From Clostridia bacterium (GTDB lineage Bacteria; Bacillota; Clostridia; Oscillospirales; CAG-272): 64,000 bases of DNA. Below, one piece after another: positions 1 through 10,367 of this stretch; the stretch's first letter is position 1, and the number at the start of each line of letters is the position of its first letter. The notes below the pieces were generated by a model, which worked only from the letters and a program-made list of their open reading frames with translations, was not told the origin of the DNA and searched no databases. The translations under genes and the position numbers were made by a program. The stretch covers positions 1,084 through 65,083 of the forward strand of contig JAGATA010000027.1 in the NCBI GenBank assembly GCA_017621475.1, in the 5' to 3' direction.

Positions 1-33
1 TAGAAAAGCTTGCTCCCATAGCGACATTATGAT

Positions 34-71
34 AAAAAAATAGCTCTGCAAAAAAAGCAGAGCTATTTTTT
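34..71 (-). terminator. Rho-independent terminator downstream of spo0A
   Basis: Perfect 10-bp stem ATAGCTCTGC/GCAGAGCTAT (40-49/57-66) with an A7 loop, flanked by A/T runs. It lies immediately after the spo0A stop at 73. Confidence 0.8.
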
Positions 72-72
72 A

Positions 73-861
73 TCATATTTTGTTTTTAAGGCGAAGATTA
101 TCAGCTATCATTGCGATAAATTCGCTGTTGGTGGGTTTGCCTCGTTCATTTTGAATTGTATATCCAAAATAAGCATTCAAAGTATCAAGGTCACCTCTAT
201 CCCAAGCCACTTCGATTGCGTGACGTATAGCGCGTTCAACTCGTGATGCCGTTGTTTGGTAACGCTTTGCAACTGTAGGATAAAGTATCTTTGTAACGGA
301 ATTTATAAGATCACAATCTTCGACTGTCATCATAATTGCCGTTCGTAGATATTGATAGCCTTTAATATGTGCAGGAACGCCGATCTTATGGATGATGGAA
401 GTAACCTGTTCTTCAAGATCTTTAGGTTCCATCATATATTTATGTTCGCCGCCAAGCTGGGATTTATATGCGCTTTGGCGGTTTTTGTATATTCTCATAA
501 TCCTGTCTTGAAGCACATTGTATTCAAAAGGCTTTTGCATACAGTAAGACGCTCCGGCATCAATAGCTTCCATAAATAAATTTTGGTTAAGGCAATAGGA
601 GAATACTATAAAATCCGGGGCCATAGTTGGATTTTGGAAAAGCGTCTTTGATTTTTTGATTATTTGAATGGTATCCATTTTAGGAAGCCAAACGTCGATA
701 AGTACGATATCTGGGGTAGAACGTTTTATTTTTGTGAGAACGTCAAGACCTGATGCGGTCTCATCCACGATCTCAATACCCATATGAATAAGATTTTCTT
801 TTACGGCTATTCTGAAGTCAGTATTTTCGTCGGCAATTAAAATTTTTATTTTCTGTTCCAT
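73..861 (-). CDS. spo0A: Sporulation master regulator Spo0A (response regulator)
   Basis: N-terminal receiver domain (ILIADEN...[13 protein letters not shown]). C-terminal Spo0A-specific DNA-binding domain ([65 protein letters not shown]). Confidence 0.97.
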   Translation of the reverse strand: MEQKIKILIADENTDFRIAVKENLIHMGIEIVDETASGLDVLTKIKRSTPDIVLIDVWLPKMDTIQIIKKSKTLFQNPTMAPDFIVFSYCLNQNLFMEAIDAGASYCMQKPFEYNVLQDRIMRIYKNRQSAYKSQLGGEHKYMMEPKDLEEQVTSIIHKIGVPAHIKGYQYLRTAIMMTVEDCDLINSVTKILYPTVAKRYQTTASRVERAIRHAIEVAWDRGDLDTLNAYFGYTIQNERGKPTNSEFIAMIADNLRLKNKI

Positions 862-1111
862 ATTTTTTCTCCGATTTCGTTAAATTAATTCTGTCGTTTT
901 TTGAATATTCAAAATTATTGTACAATCATATTACCATATTATGGAATAAAATGCAATATCAAAGTGGAAAATATTGTCACAAAAAATGGCAAAACTATTT
1001 TGTTGAGAATAACAAAATTACTCGCAGAAATCGTCAATCCTATTTGTCTTTCTCAAAAAAAGAATTATATTTTGTATCTCCTTAATGAATTTTGACGATA
1101 TAAAAAGATTT

Positions 1112-1588
1112 TTAATCATTGACAAGACATACAGCGTGAGCGGAAATACCTTCGCCACTTCCCGTAAAGCCGAGTTTTTCTTCTGTTGTGGCCTTGATAT
1201 TTACATTTTCTGCGGAAGTTTCCAATGCTTTGGCTATATTATTTCTCATTTCGTCGATAAAAGGAGAAAGCTTGGGCTTTTGTGCAATAATAGTAGCATC
1301 GATATTGGAAATTTCATATCCGTTCGAAGACAAAATTTCGCTGCATTTTTTTAAAATAAGTAAACTGGAGATGTCTTTAATACTGGGGTCATTATCCGGA
1401 AAATGAAAACCAATATCTCTCGCGCCGCAAGAGCCAAGTAGGGCATCCGCTATTGCGTGGCACAGAACATCTGCATCCGAATGACCAAGCAATCCTTTTT
1501 CATAATTTATCTTTACTCCTCCCAGGATAAGATCTCTTCCTTCAACGAGTCGATGAACATCATATCCGTGACCTATTCTGAATTTCAT
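1112..1588 (-). CDS. ispF: 2-C-methyl-D-erythritol 2,4-cyclodiphosphate synthase
   Basis: [32 protein letters not shown] and 158 aa are typical of IspF. It overlaps ispD by 4 nt. Confidence 0.95.
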   Translation of the reverse strand: MKFRIGHGYDVHRLVEGRDLILGGVKINYEKGLLGHSDADVLCHAIADALLGSCGARDIGFHFPDNDPSIKDISSLLILKKCSEILSSNGYEISNIDATIIAQKPKLSPFIDEMRNNIAKALETSAENVNIKATTEEKLGFTGSGEGISAHAVCLVND

Positions 1589-2349
1589 TTTCCTTCTCCT
1601 TTTTCTTCGGCTTCTATAATATGGCGGACTCTTTCAAAATCTTCTTTATACGTTATCTTGATGTTGTTTTCTCCACATTCAACAAGCTTTACTTTAAATC
1701 CCGATGCTTCTGCAAGGGAAGCGTCGTCTGTAGCGTAAACATAGGCATCACCTGCTTTGGCAAGAGCAACTTCATAAAGTTTTTTCAAAAAAACTTGCGG
1801 TGTCTGTGCTCTCCAAATGTACCGCCTGTCAATCGTTTTTGAAACAAATCCTTCTTTGTCCGCTCTTTTTATTGTATCTGTGGAACGTGCTGCTGCAATA
1901 GCGGCACCGTGTTTATATGCGGCACGAGCTACCTTTTCTATCTGTTCTTCCGTGACTGCGCAACGCGCACCGTCATGGATAACAACAAATTTGCTTTTTT
2001 TGTCTACTGCCAAAAATCCGTTTTTGGCAGACTCTGCACGGCAGTCTCCGCCTTTAACTATTCTTGCAACTTTAGAAAGTTTGTATTTTTCTATATATTC
2101 ATCATAGAAAGAAAGCTCATTTTCTGCCGCTACTACTATAATTTCGTCTATAACTTCGCAATGTTGAAATTTTATGATGCTTCTTATGGCAACGGGTATG
2201 CCGTTGATTTCTGTAAGCTGTTTTGAAATACTTCCACCCACGCGCGTGCCTTTTCCGGCAACGAGAATGATAGCACTTGTTTTTTCATGTGAGTAATTTT
2301 TCGCAAGAGCATTTACTATTCGCTCTGCTTTAAAAAGAACATTTTTCAT
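1585..2349 (-). CDS. ispD: 2-C-methyl-D-erythritol 4-phosphate cytidylyltransferase
   Basis: [14 protein letters not shown]...KQL nucleotidyltransferase motif, VVIHDGARC and RAQTPQ motifs. It is translationally coupled to ispF. Confidence 0.92.
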   Translation of the reverse strand: MKNVLFKAERIVNALAKNYSHEKTSAIILVAGKGTRVGGSISKQLTEINGIPVAIRSIIKFQHCEVIDEIIVVAAENELSFYDEYIEKYKLSKVARIVKGGDCRAESAKNGFLAVDKKSKFVVIHDGARCAVTEEQIEKVARAAYKHGAAIAAARSTDTIKRADKEGFVSKTIDRRYIWRAQTPQVFLKKLYEVALAKAGDAYVYATDDASLAEASGFKVKLVECGENNIKITYKEDFERVRHIIEAEEKGEGK

Positions 2350-2564
2350 AATTGAGATTCCTTAATTTTAAATTTGGCTGATGGTTAGCTGATGGTTAAG
2401 TAAATTATAGCATATTTTTATATATTATATCAATACAAATCGATTAAAAAGGAAATAAATTGAAACTTTTTTTAAAAAAGTCTCCAAAAACTATTTATTT
2501 ATTTGAAAATGTATTATATAATATAATATATATTTAGGTTCTCTGTATCTGCGGAGGTATGGTA

Positions 2565-3401
2565 ATGAATAATTTTAACGATTTCTTCTCTTATGTTATC
2601 AATCAGTTCCTTACAATAAGGCTTGTGGATTGTATAGATATATTTTTGGTATCTTGTATAATTTATTATGTTATAAAGTTCATAAGTGATAAGCGAGCAA
2701 GTAAGCTTGCCCTTGGCATTTGCATGATGTTGTTTTTGCTTTTGGCAAGTGAAATATTCAATATGAATGCGATAAACTTCCTTTTCTCCAATATATTGCA
2801 GGTAGGATTGATCTCACTTGTTATTTTGTTCCAACCGGAGCTTCGCAGTGCACTTGAGAAGATAGGCGCAGCAAGCAAAGGAATAAAAATACTTTCTTCT
2901 TCCAAGGAACATAAGGTTTCCAAAGTTACTGCCGCTATTGAGAACATAAGTGAGACCGCGCAGGAACTTGCAAAAGATTATACAGGCGCACTTATTGTTA
3001 TAGAACGCAACACACCTCTCGGTGACATTATAAAATCGGGTACAATAATAAATGCGGATATTGATGTATCGCTTCTTAAAAACATATTTTTCAATAAAGC
3101 GCCTCTTCACGATGGTGCTGTCGTAATACGTAACCAAAGAGTTTATGCTGCAGGATGTTTCCTTCCTCTTTCCACTAAGGACGATATCATCAAAGATCTT
3201 GGAACAAGGCATAGAGCTGCTATTGGTATGAGTGAAAACAGCGATGCAGTTGTAATAGTCGTTTCAGAAGAAACGGGAACAATATCCATTGCTGTGGACG
3301 GACAGTTGCGCAGAAACTACGATTATAATTCGCTCAAGATAGAACTTTCCAATTTGTTGGCTGACGATAGTACTGAAAGTGCTAACGCTTCATCCACTTG
3401 A
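2565..3401 (+). CDS. cdaA: Diadenylate cyclase CdaA (DisA_N domain, membrane-anchored)
   Basis: N-terminal TM helices followed by the DAC motifs GALIVIER, PLHDGAVVI and LGTRHRAAIGMSE..DAVVIVVSEETG. The ORF opens at 2559, but GGAGG at 2553-2557 fits the ATG at 2565 better. Confidence 0.92.
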   Translation: MNNFNDFFSYVINQFLTIRLVDCIDIFLVSCIIYYVIKFISDKRASKLALGICMMLFLLLASEIFNMNAINFLFSNILQVGLISLVILFQPELRSALEKIGAASKGIKILSSSKEHKVSKVTAAIENISETAQELAKDYTGALIVIERNTPLGDIIKSGTIINADIDVSLLKNIFFNKAPLHDGAVVIRNQRVYAAGCFLPLSTKDDIIKDLGTRHRAAIGMSENSDAVVIVVSEETGTISIAVDGQLRRNYDYNSLKIELSNLLADDSTESANASST

Positions 3402-3415
3402 AAGGAGACTGAAAA

Positions 3416-3934
3416 ATGAAAGAATTTATCTCTTCTTTGAAAAATCTTTTTTCGTCCAGAAAAGCACAAGGAACGGACAGAAATGAATCCGAAGATTATA
3501 TGATTCGTAAAAGCAGAAAGTTTGATATTGTTATAAGAATAATCTCTGTTGTAGGAGCTGTAATAATTTGGCTTTGTGCTGTAACGACAGGCACCGGAGT
3601 CAACCAGAGAATGTTTACTTATAATAATTTCGAAATAAGAGATGTTGGGTCTTTTTTCAGTGCTGCTGAAAGATCCGGATTTAAGACGGTTATCAATTTT
3701 GAAAATAGTGTAAGCTTTACATTGAAAGGAAGAAAGAGACTTATAGATAGTCTTAACGAAAACGAAGTTACTGTTTATGTTGAACTTTCTGATTATATAG
3801 AAACGGTAAACACTATCCCAAATGATGTAGAGCAAACAATAGAAGCTGTTGTGAAAATAGAGGCTCCCGGATATTTTCAAGTATCTAATGTTTCTCTTGA
3901 AACAATAACGATTCAATTGGTTCCTATAAATTAA
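3416..3934 (+). CDS. Short YbbR/CdaR-like membrane-anchored protein (putative CdaA regulator)
   Basis: It lies immediately downstream of cdaA, the conserved cdaA-cdaR position. It has one TM helix followed by a single beta-rich domain of about 100 aa. The call is based on position and architecture only. Confidence 0.55.
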   Translation: MKEFISSLKNLFSSRKAQGTDRNESEDYMIRKSRKFDIVIRIISVVGAVIIWLCAVTTGTGVNQRMFTYNNFEIRDVGSFFSAAERSGFKTVINFENSVSFTLKGRKRLIDSLNENEVTVYVELSDYIETVNTIPNDVEQTIEAVVKIEAPGYFQVSNVSLETITIQLVPIN

Positions 3935-3938
3935 AGAT

Positions 3939-5540
3939 ATGCAGAAATATATAGTAAATAATATAAAATTATCATACAGGACTTCAAAAGATGCGGCGCT
4001 TAAAATCGCAGAAAAGGCTCTTTTGAAGTTCTTTTCAAAAAACAACATAAAATCTCTTGTAATAAGCAAAAGGTCTTTGGATGCAAGAAAAAAAGACAGC
4101 ATAAGTTTTGTTTATTCTGTTACCGCAGAGGTGGAGAACGATAAGCATATCCCCGAAAAAAGATTGCTTTCAGAGAATATGGTTCTTGTTAAAGAAGAAT
4201 CTATAAGTCCTGTTTTCGGAACGGAACGAATGGAATCTCGTCCTATAGTTGTTGGATTTGGACCTTGCGGCATGTTTTGCGCCTTGTTGCTTGCTGAATA
4301 CGGTTATCGTCCCATAGTGATAGAACGCGGTGATGATATAGAACCGAGGGAAAGGACCGTGGAAAAATTTTTGCGCGAGCAAATATTGGATACTGATTCT
4401 AACATACAATTTGGTGCAGGCGGAGCCGGTACTTTCTCTGACGGAAAATTAGTAACGAGAATAAATGATAAAAAGTGTGCGTACGTTTTAAAAACTATGG
4501 TTGAGCTTGGAGCTCCTGCACAAATTTTGTATGAAGCAAAACCACACATAGGTACGGATATATTGAAAACCGTTGTTACCAATATGAGAATTAAACTCGA
4601 ATCATTGGGCGCGGAAATTCATTTTAACACACAGTTTACCGGTTTTTCGTCCTCTTTGGGAAAGGTTACAAAAATAGCTACCGATAAAGGAGAATTTGAG
4701 TGTTCAGCGTTGATTTTGGCATTAGGACATAGTGCAAGAGATACGTTCTCAATGCTCATGGATAAGGAACTTCCTTTTGAAGCTAAAGCTTTTTCAGTCG
4801 GCGTGCGAATAGAGCATTTACAGAGCGAAATAGATAAAGGTTTGTACGGAGATAATGCCGGAGATCCGCTTCTTCCGAAAGGAGAATATAATCTTTCACA
4901 CAGAGAAGGTGATCGCGGCGTATACACGTTCTGTATGTGTCCCGGTGGTACTGTTATGGCTGCCGCCAGTGAACAAGGCGGAGTTGTTACAAACGGAATG
5001 AGCCGATATGCGCGTGATGGAAAAAATGCTAATGCAGCCGTTGCAGTAAGCGTTCTTCCTTCGGATTTCGGCGGTTCTGCTAAAGGAGCCATAAATTTTC
5101 AACGAGAGCTAGAAAAAAGAGCTTTTATATGCGGCGGAAGCAATTATTATGCACCTTCTGAAAGCGTTGGAGATTTTCTCGGAACGTTTAAAGGAACGGA
5201 TCCTTCCGATGTTTTGCCGACATATATGAACGGTAGAGTGAAAATAACGGATTTGAACGGCTTTTTGCCTCCGTTTGTTTCTGAATTTTTAAAGATGGGT
5301 CTTCGTAATTTTGGAAAGAAGCTTCCGGGATTTGATGCTCCTTATGCAATGCTTACAGGTATTGAATCGCGTACATCTTCTCCTATAAGAATAACAAGAA
5401 ACAACGATTATACTGCAATAGGATACGATAATATTTATCCTTGCGGAGAGGGCGCGGGATATGCCGGCGGAATAACAAGCGCTGCGGTTGACGGAATCAA
5501 CTGCGCACTTGCAATAATGGGAAAATACAGGCACGGATAA
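3939..5540 (+). CDS. FAD-dependent oxidoreductase (COG2509-type uncharacterised FAD-dependent dehydrogenase)
   Basis: Rossmann dinucleotide motif VVGFGPCGMFCALLLAEYG..VIERG and C-terminal GEGAGYAGGI motif. At 533 aa it is typical of this family. Confidence 0.7.
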   Translation: MQKYIVNNIKLSYRTSKDAALKIAEKALLKFFSKNNIKSLVISKRSLDARKKDSISFVYSVTAEVENDKHIPEKRLLSENMVLVKEESISPVFGTERMESRPIVVGFGPCGMFCALLLAEYGYRPIVIERGDDIEPRERTVEKFLREQILDTDSNIQFGAGGAGTFSDGKLVTRINDKKCAYVLKTMVELGAPAQILYEAKPHIGTDILKTVVTNMRIKLESLGAEIHFNTQFTGFSSSLGKVTKIATDKGEFECSALILALGHSARDTFSMLMDKELPFEAKAFSVGVRIEHLQSEIDKGLYGDNAGDPLLPKGEYNLSHREGDRGVYTFCMCPGGTVMAAASEQGGVVTNGMSRYARDGKNANAAVAVSVLPSDFGGSAKGAINFQRELEKRAFICGGSNYYAPSESVGDFLGTFKGTDPSDVLPTYMNGRVKITDLNGFLPPFVSEFLKMGLRNFGKKLPGFDAPYAMLTGIESRTSSPIRITRNNDYTAIGYDNIYPCGEGAGYAGGITSAAVDGINCALAIMGKYRHG

Positions 5541-5550
5541 AGGTCAAATA

Positions 5551-7677
5551 ATGAACGGTTCAAAAAAATGGGTTATAAAAACACAAGATGAATCTCTTGT
5601 AAAAGAGCTTTCTTCAAAACTGAATATTACGGAAATAACAGCACGTTTGCTTATAAACAGGGGATATTGCGATGTTGATAGTGCAGCGGCTTTTCTTTCC
5701 AAGGCGGATTCTTTTTTGTATGATCCTTTTCTTATGAAAGATATGGACAAGGCTGTTGAAAGAATTAGTAAAGCGATAAACAAACACGAAAAAATTACGA
5801 TATATGGTGACTATGATGTTGACGGTATCACATCAGTTTCCATAATGTATATGTACCTTGATAATCAAGGAGCTAACATAGAGTATTTTATACCGCTACG
5901 CGACACAGATGGATACGGTCTTAATAATACCGCAATCAAAAACATTGCTGATAACGGAACCAAGCTTATAATAACCGTTGATACCGGTATTACAGCTATA
6001 GAAGAAACGGAATATATAAAATCTTTGGGGATGGATATAGTTATAACGGATCACCATCATTGCCGCCCCGAACTTCCGGGAGCGTATGCTGTTGTTAATC
6101 CTCAAAGGGAAGATTGTACATATCCTTTCAAGGAATTGGCCGGAGTTGGTGTAGCATTTAAACTTCTTTGTGCTTTGGAGCTTTATACAAGAAATGAAGG
6201 ATTATATGATATTTCTATAATCAAGGATATGTGCAAACGTTATATTGAGCTGGTTACTATAGGAACGATAGCAGACGTTATGCCTCTTGTTGATGAGAAT
6301 CGCATAATTGTATATATGGGGCTTTCACTTCTTGAAAATACGAAGAACTTAGGAATAAAATCTCTTTTTGAATCGGCAGGCGTTTTTTCTTCTGCCAGGG
6401 ATAAACGAAAAATAACGTCCTCTGTTATTGGTTATACTATAGCCCCCAGAATCAATGCCACGGGAAGAATCAGCAGTGCGGACAGAGCGGTTAAGCTTTT
6501 TTTATCATCTTCTAAGGAAGAAGCAGAGTATCTCTCAGAGGAATTTTGTCAGATAAATAAAGAGCGTCAGGATACCGAAACTGCAATATTCCTTGAGGCT
6601 GTCCGTCAAATCGAAGAAAATAAAATGAATGAGCGCGATGTCATCCTTGTGCTTTCGAGTGATACTTGGCATCATGGTGTTATAGGCATAGTTTGTTCAA
6701 GAATAACAGAGAAGTATAATCTTCCTTCTGTGCTCATTTCTTTCGATGCTTGCAAAGATGCTTCTGTTAATGAAGATAATATTGGTAAAGGGTCTGCAAG
6801 AAGTATAAAAGGACTTAATATGGCAGAGCTTTTTGCAGCGAATGCAGAGCTTCTTGAAAAATACGGCGGACATGAGCTTGCAGCAGGACTTTCGCTTAAA
6901 CGAGGAAATATTGATGCTTTTAGAAAAAATATCAATAAATGCGCACGTGAGATATTGGGAGATAAAAAACCGGAGGTCACTCTTGATATCGAAGCCAAAC
7001 TTGCACTTTCGGATGTCACTATTACGAATATTGACGATACGATGTTGCTTGAGCCGTTTGGCGCTGCAAATCCTCAGCCTTTATTTGCTGTTGAAAATGT
7101 CAAAATTGCAGATATGGTATTGCTTAGCGGCGGCAAACACACGAAGATGATACTTTCTTCTGACGATGGCAATGTTTCCGCTCTTTTCTTTGGTGCCAAT
7201 CTTGAAAACATTGGGGTCAACGTTGGAGATGTTGTCAATGTTGCGGCTTCTATGAACTTAAATGAATTTCGAGGAGAACGCACTCCGCAACTTATTTGCA
7301 GAGATATTGATCTCGTTTCGCACTATGAGGACGATATTAAGGAGTCCAGAATGTATTTTGAATCTGTTATGAGAGGTGATATTCTTATAAACAGAGAGGA
7401 TATTCCCATTCGCGCAGATTTTGCCAAAGTTTATACGTATTTAAAAAAGATTTTTCCTTATGGGACAGGAACAGTATCTATAAAACGTGTTTCCACGGAA
7501 TGCGATATGCCATACATAAAATTATTTTGCATAATACACGCTTTATTTGAGGGTGACATAATAAAATACGACAGAACATCTGAATTTGACTTCAGAATTA
7601 CAATACTTCCTACGGAAGGAAAATCTGATCTTACCAAAACCGGAATTATGAAAAAGATATTAAATAATTATAGATAA
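5551..7677 (+). CDS. recJ: Single-stranded-DNA-specific exonuclease RecJ
   Basis: DHH-family motifs: IYGDYDVDGITS, ITVDTG, ITDHH, and DHHA1 YGGHELAAG. It sits upstream of relA-dtd, as in other Firmicutes. Confidence 0.92.
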   Translation: MNGSKKWVIKTQDESLVKELSSKLNITEITARLLINRGYCDVDSAAAFLSKADSFLYDPFLMKDMDKAVERISKAINKHEKITIYGDYDVDGITSVSIMYMYLDNQGANIEYFIPLRDTDGYGLNNTAIKNIADNGTKLIITVDTGITAIEETEYIKSLGMDIVITDHHHCRPELPGAYAVVNPQREDCTYPFKELAGVGVAFKLLCALELYTRNEGLYDISIIKDMCKRYIELVTIGTIADVMPLVDENRIIVYMGLSLLENTKNLGIKSLFESAGVFSSARDKRKITSSVIGYTIAPRINATGRISSADRAVKLFLSSSKEEAEYLSEEFCQINKERQDTETAIFLEAVRQIEENKMNERDVILVLSSDTWHHGVIGIVCSRITEKYNLPSVLISFDACKDASVNEDNIGKGSARSIKGLNMAELFAANAELLEKYGGHELAAGLSLKRGNIDAFRKNINKCAREILGDKKPEVTLDIEAKLALSDVTITNIDDTMLLEPFGAANPQPLFAVENVKIADMVLLSGGKHTKMILSSDDGNVSALFFGANLENIGVNVGDVVNVAASMNLNEFRGERTPQLICRDIDLVSHYEDDIKESRMYFESVMRGDILINREDIPIRADFAKVYTYLKKIFPYGTGTVSIKRVSTECDMPYIKLFCIIHALFEGDIIKYDRTSEFDFRITILPTEGKSDLTKTGIMKKILNNYR

Positions 7678-7702
7678 AATTCTATAAGCAAGGAGCGACA
7701 CT

Positions 7703-9898
7703 ATGCCTGATATCGAATTTAATAAATTGCTTGATGCTTTGCAGAAATCGGGAAAAAATTACGATTTTGATAAAATACATCGCGCCTATGAATATGCTCG
7801 TGAAATGCATAAAGGGCAATTTCGTAAAAGCGGGGAAGAATATATTATTCATCCCATCGCTGTTGCGCAGATAGTTTCTACGCTTGGACTTGATACCGAT
7901 TCTATATGTGCCGCTTTTTTGCACGATACGCTTGAAGATTGCTTTGAAAAAGTTGATCTTGCAAAAATGAAGAAGGAATTCGGGCAGGATGTTATTGAAA
8001 TTGTTGATGGACTTACAAAGCTTGTTCGAATCCATTTTGATGATAAAGATGAGGAACATATGGAAAACCTACGCAAGATGTTTCTTGCGATGGCGAAAGA
8101 TATACGAGTTCTCATCATAAAACTTGCGGACAGACTCCATAATATGCGTACTCTCGGTGCACAACCCGAGGAAAAAAGACGTCGTATTGCTTTGGAGACT
8201 ATGCACGTTTACGCCCCTCTTGCACACCGTCTCGGTATGCAGAGAGTGAAACAAGAGCTTGAAAACCTCTCACTTTCTTATCTTGATCCTATAGGTTACG
8301 AAGAAGTAAGTAACGACATTGAGCGTAAATATGGTTTTAATAAAGATTTTATTGAAAATACCAAAGCACAGATAAAAGAAAAAATGCTTGAATCCGGTAT
8401 TTCCTGTGAAGTTACCGGAAGAGTAAAATCTGTATATAGCGTTTACAGAAAAATGTATAATCAAAACAAAAGTTTTGATGAAATATATGATTTTTACGCT
8501 GTAAGAATAATTGTTAATACTGAACTTGAATGCTATACAGCGCTTGGCATCATACACGAAATATATAACTCTATACCGGGAAGATTCAAGGATTATATTT
8601 CTATTCCGAAACCTAATATGTACCGTTCATTGCATACAACCGTTATTGGACGCGGAGGAATCCCTTTTGAAGTTCAAATAAGAACTTGGGAAATGCACCA
8701 TGTTGCAGAATACGGTATCGCCGCTCATTGGAAATATAAATCCGGTGACAAAGCAAGCGATGATATAAGCCAAAAGCTTGAATGGATATCCAAACTTGTT
8801 GAAAGCGAATCCAGTGTCAAAGATCCGGATGAGTTTTTGGATGCTCTTAAAATTGATATTTTCCAGGATGAAACTTTCGTATTTACACCGAAGGGTGATG
8901 TTATTCCGTTGCCGCAAGGTTCAAACTGCATAGACTTTGCTTACCATATTCATAGCGCGGTAGGTAACCGAATGGTTGGTGCAAAGGTAAACGGCATTAT
9001 AGTTCCGATAGACAGGGTTCTTGAAAACGGCGAGATTGTGGAAGTTCTCACTTCTTCTGCCGCAAAAGGACCCAGCCGAGATTGGCTCAAGATCGCGAAG
9101 ACGAGTGATGCCAAATCTAAAATACGTCAATGGTTCAAAAAAGAAAAGTATGCTGAAAATGTTGTCGAAGGAAAATCACAGATACTCAGCGAATTGAGAC
9201 GCTTTGGGAGAGCGTTTACAGAGGATCAGTATGAACATATAGTAAAAACGACTGCCGCACGCATTGGTATGAGTACGGTGGAGGATCTTTATAATATGCT
9301 TGGTTATGGTGGACTTTTGATATCCAAGGTCTTGCCTAAACTTCGCGATGAATTCGACAAAACAGTTACAGAGCCTGTAGCTCCTATTACAAGTGTAGAT
9401 CAGATAAAAGTAAACAAAAACAAGACTACAAAAAATAACGGTGGCGTTATTGTTGACGATCTTGACGGTTGCCAGGTAAAATTTGCAAAATGCTGTAATC
9501 CTTTGCCGGGTGATAATATTGTTGGGTTTATTACAAAGGGATTTGGAATTTCAATCCATAAAAACGACTGCCCCAATACTTTGCGCGAAATGAAAGAAAA
9601 CTCCGACAGATTTGTAAGGGTTACTTGGTGTTCTGATGCGGCAGATTCACGAGAAGATAAATTTGAAGCTATGATGAGGATATATGCACAGGATAGAATA
9701 TCCATGCTTGCGGATATAAGCGTAGCTCTTGCAGATATGCGTGTGTTTATTCAGCAGATAAATACGCAAAAGATAAGCGCCGATATTTCCATAATAAATA
9801 TTACGATTGCTTGCAAAAATCTTTCTCATTTTAATAGCATCGTTTCACGAATAAAAACAATAAAAGGCGTAGAAGACGTCCAGAGAGGAAATTTATAA
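7703..9898 (+). CDS. relA: Bifunctional (p)ppGpp synthetase/hydrolase (RelA/SpoT homologue)
   Basis: HD hydrolase domain (HPIAVA..LHDTLED), synthetase domain (YRSLHTTV, FEVQIRT..MH..AEYGIAAHW), then TGS and ACT C-terminal regions. Length is 731 aa. Confidence 0.95.
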   Translation: MPDIEFNKLLDALQKSGKNYDFDKIHRAYEYAREMHKGQFRKSGEEYIIHPIAVAQIVSTLGLDTDSICAAFLHDTLEDCFEKVDLAKMKKEFGQDVIEIVDGLTKLVRIHFDDKDEEHMENLRKMFLAMAKDIRVLIIKLADRLHNMRTLGAQPEEKRRRIALETMHVYAPLAHRLGMQRVKQELENLSLSYLDPIGYEEVSNDIERKYGFNKDFIENTKAQIKEKMLESGISCEVTGRVKSVYSVYRKMYNQNKSFDEIYDFYAVRIIVNTELECYTALGIIHEIYNSIPGRFKDYISIPKPNMYRSLHTTVIGRGGIPFEVQIRTWEMHHVAEYGIAAHWKYKSGDKASDDISQKLEWISKLVESESSVKDPDEFLDALKIDIFQDETFVFTPKGDVIPLPQGSNCIDFAYHIHSAVGNRMVGAKVNGIIVPIDRVLENGEIVEVLTSSAAKGPSRDWLKIAKTSDAKSKIRQWFKKEKYAENVVEGKSQILSELRRFGRAFTEDQYEHIVKTTAARIGMSTVEDLYNMLGYGGLLISKVLPKLRDEFDKTVTEPVAPITSVDQIKVNKNKTTKNNGGVIVDDLDGCQVKFAKCCNPLPGDNIVGFITKGFGISIHKNDCPNTLREMKENSDRFVRVTWCSDAADSREDKFEAMMRIYAQDRISMLADISVALADMRVFIQQINTQKISADISIINITIACKNLSHFNSIVSRIKTIKGVEDVQRGNL

Positions 9899-9901
9899 TA
9901 T

Positions 9902-10363
9902 ATGTTAGCAGTTATTCAAAGAGTAAAAAACGCATCCGTTATTTCTGATGGCGTACCTACGGGTAGCATTGGAATGGGACTAATGCTTTTGTTGGGAGTT
10001 AGAAAAAATGATACTGAAAATGATGCGATGATACTTGCAGAAAAAATCTCAAAACTTCGTATTTTTTCAGATGAAAACGGAAAAATGAATTTGAGTGTAA
10101 AAGATATAGGCGGCGGAGCACTTATTGTTTCCAATTTTACTCTTTGTGCAAATTATGCTCACGGAAACCGCCCCGATTATCTTGATGCTGAAAAACCGCC
10201 GCGTGCAAATGAACTTTATGAATATTTTGTTTCTCTTATGCGTGAACGTTTAATGTCTGTTGGCACAGGCGTTTTCGGTGCAGATATGGAAATAACGATG
10301 AAGGCAGATGGCCCTGTTACCATTGTTATGGATAGCGAAATACTAAAAAATAAAGGAAAATAA
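9902..10363 (+). CDS. dtd: D-aminoacyl-tRNA deacylase
   Basis: MLAVIQRV..A.V start, SNFTL and NRP motifs, and GPVTIV near the C-terminus. Length is 153 aa and the gene follows relA directly. Confidence 0.92.
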   Translation: MLAVIQRVKNASVISDGVPTGSIGMGLMLLLGVRKNDTENDAMILAEKISKLRIFSDENGKMNLSVKDIGGGALIVSNFTLCANYAHGNRPDYLDAEKPPRANELYEYFVSLMRERLMSVGTGVFGADMEITMKADGPVTIVMDSEILKNKGK

Positions 10364-10367
10364 AAAT

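Noticed and set aside
3323-4102. 259-aa minus-strand ORF
   Set aside because: It is antisense to the 3' end of cdaA, the cdaR-like gene and the start of the FAD-protein gene. It has reverse-frame composition and no RBS.
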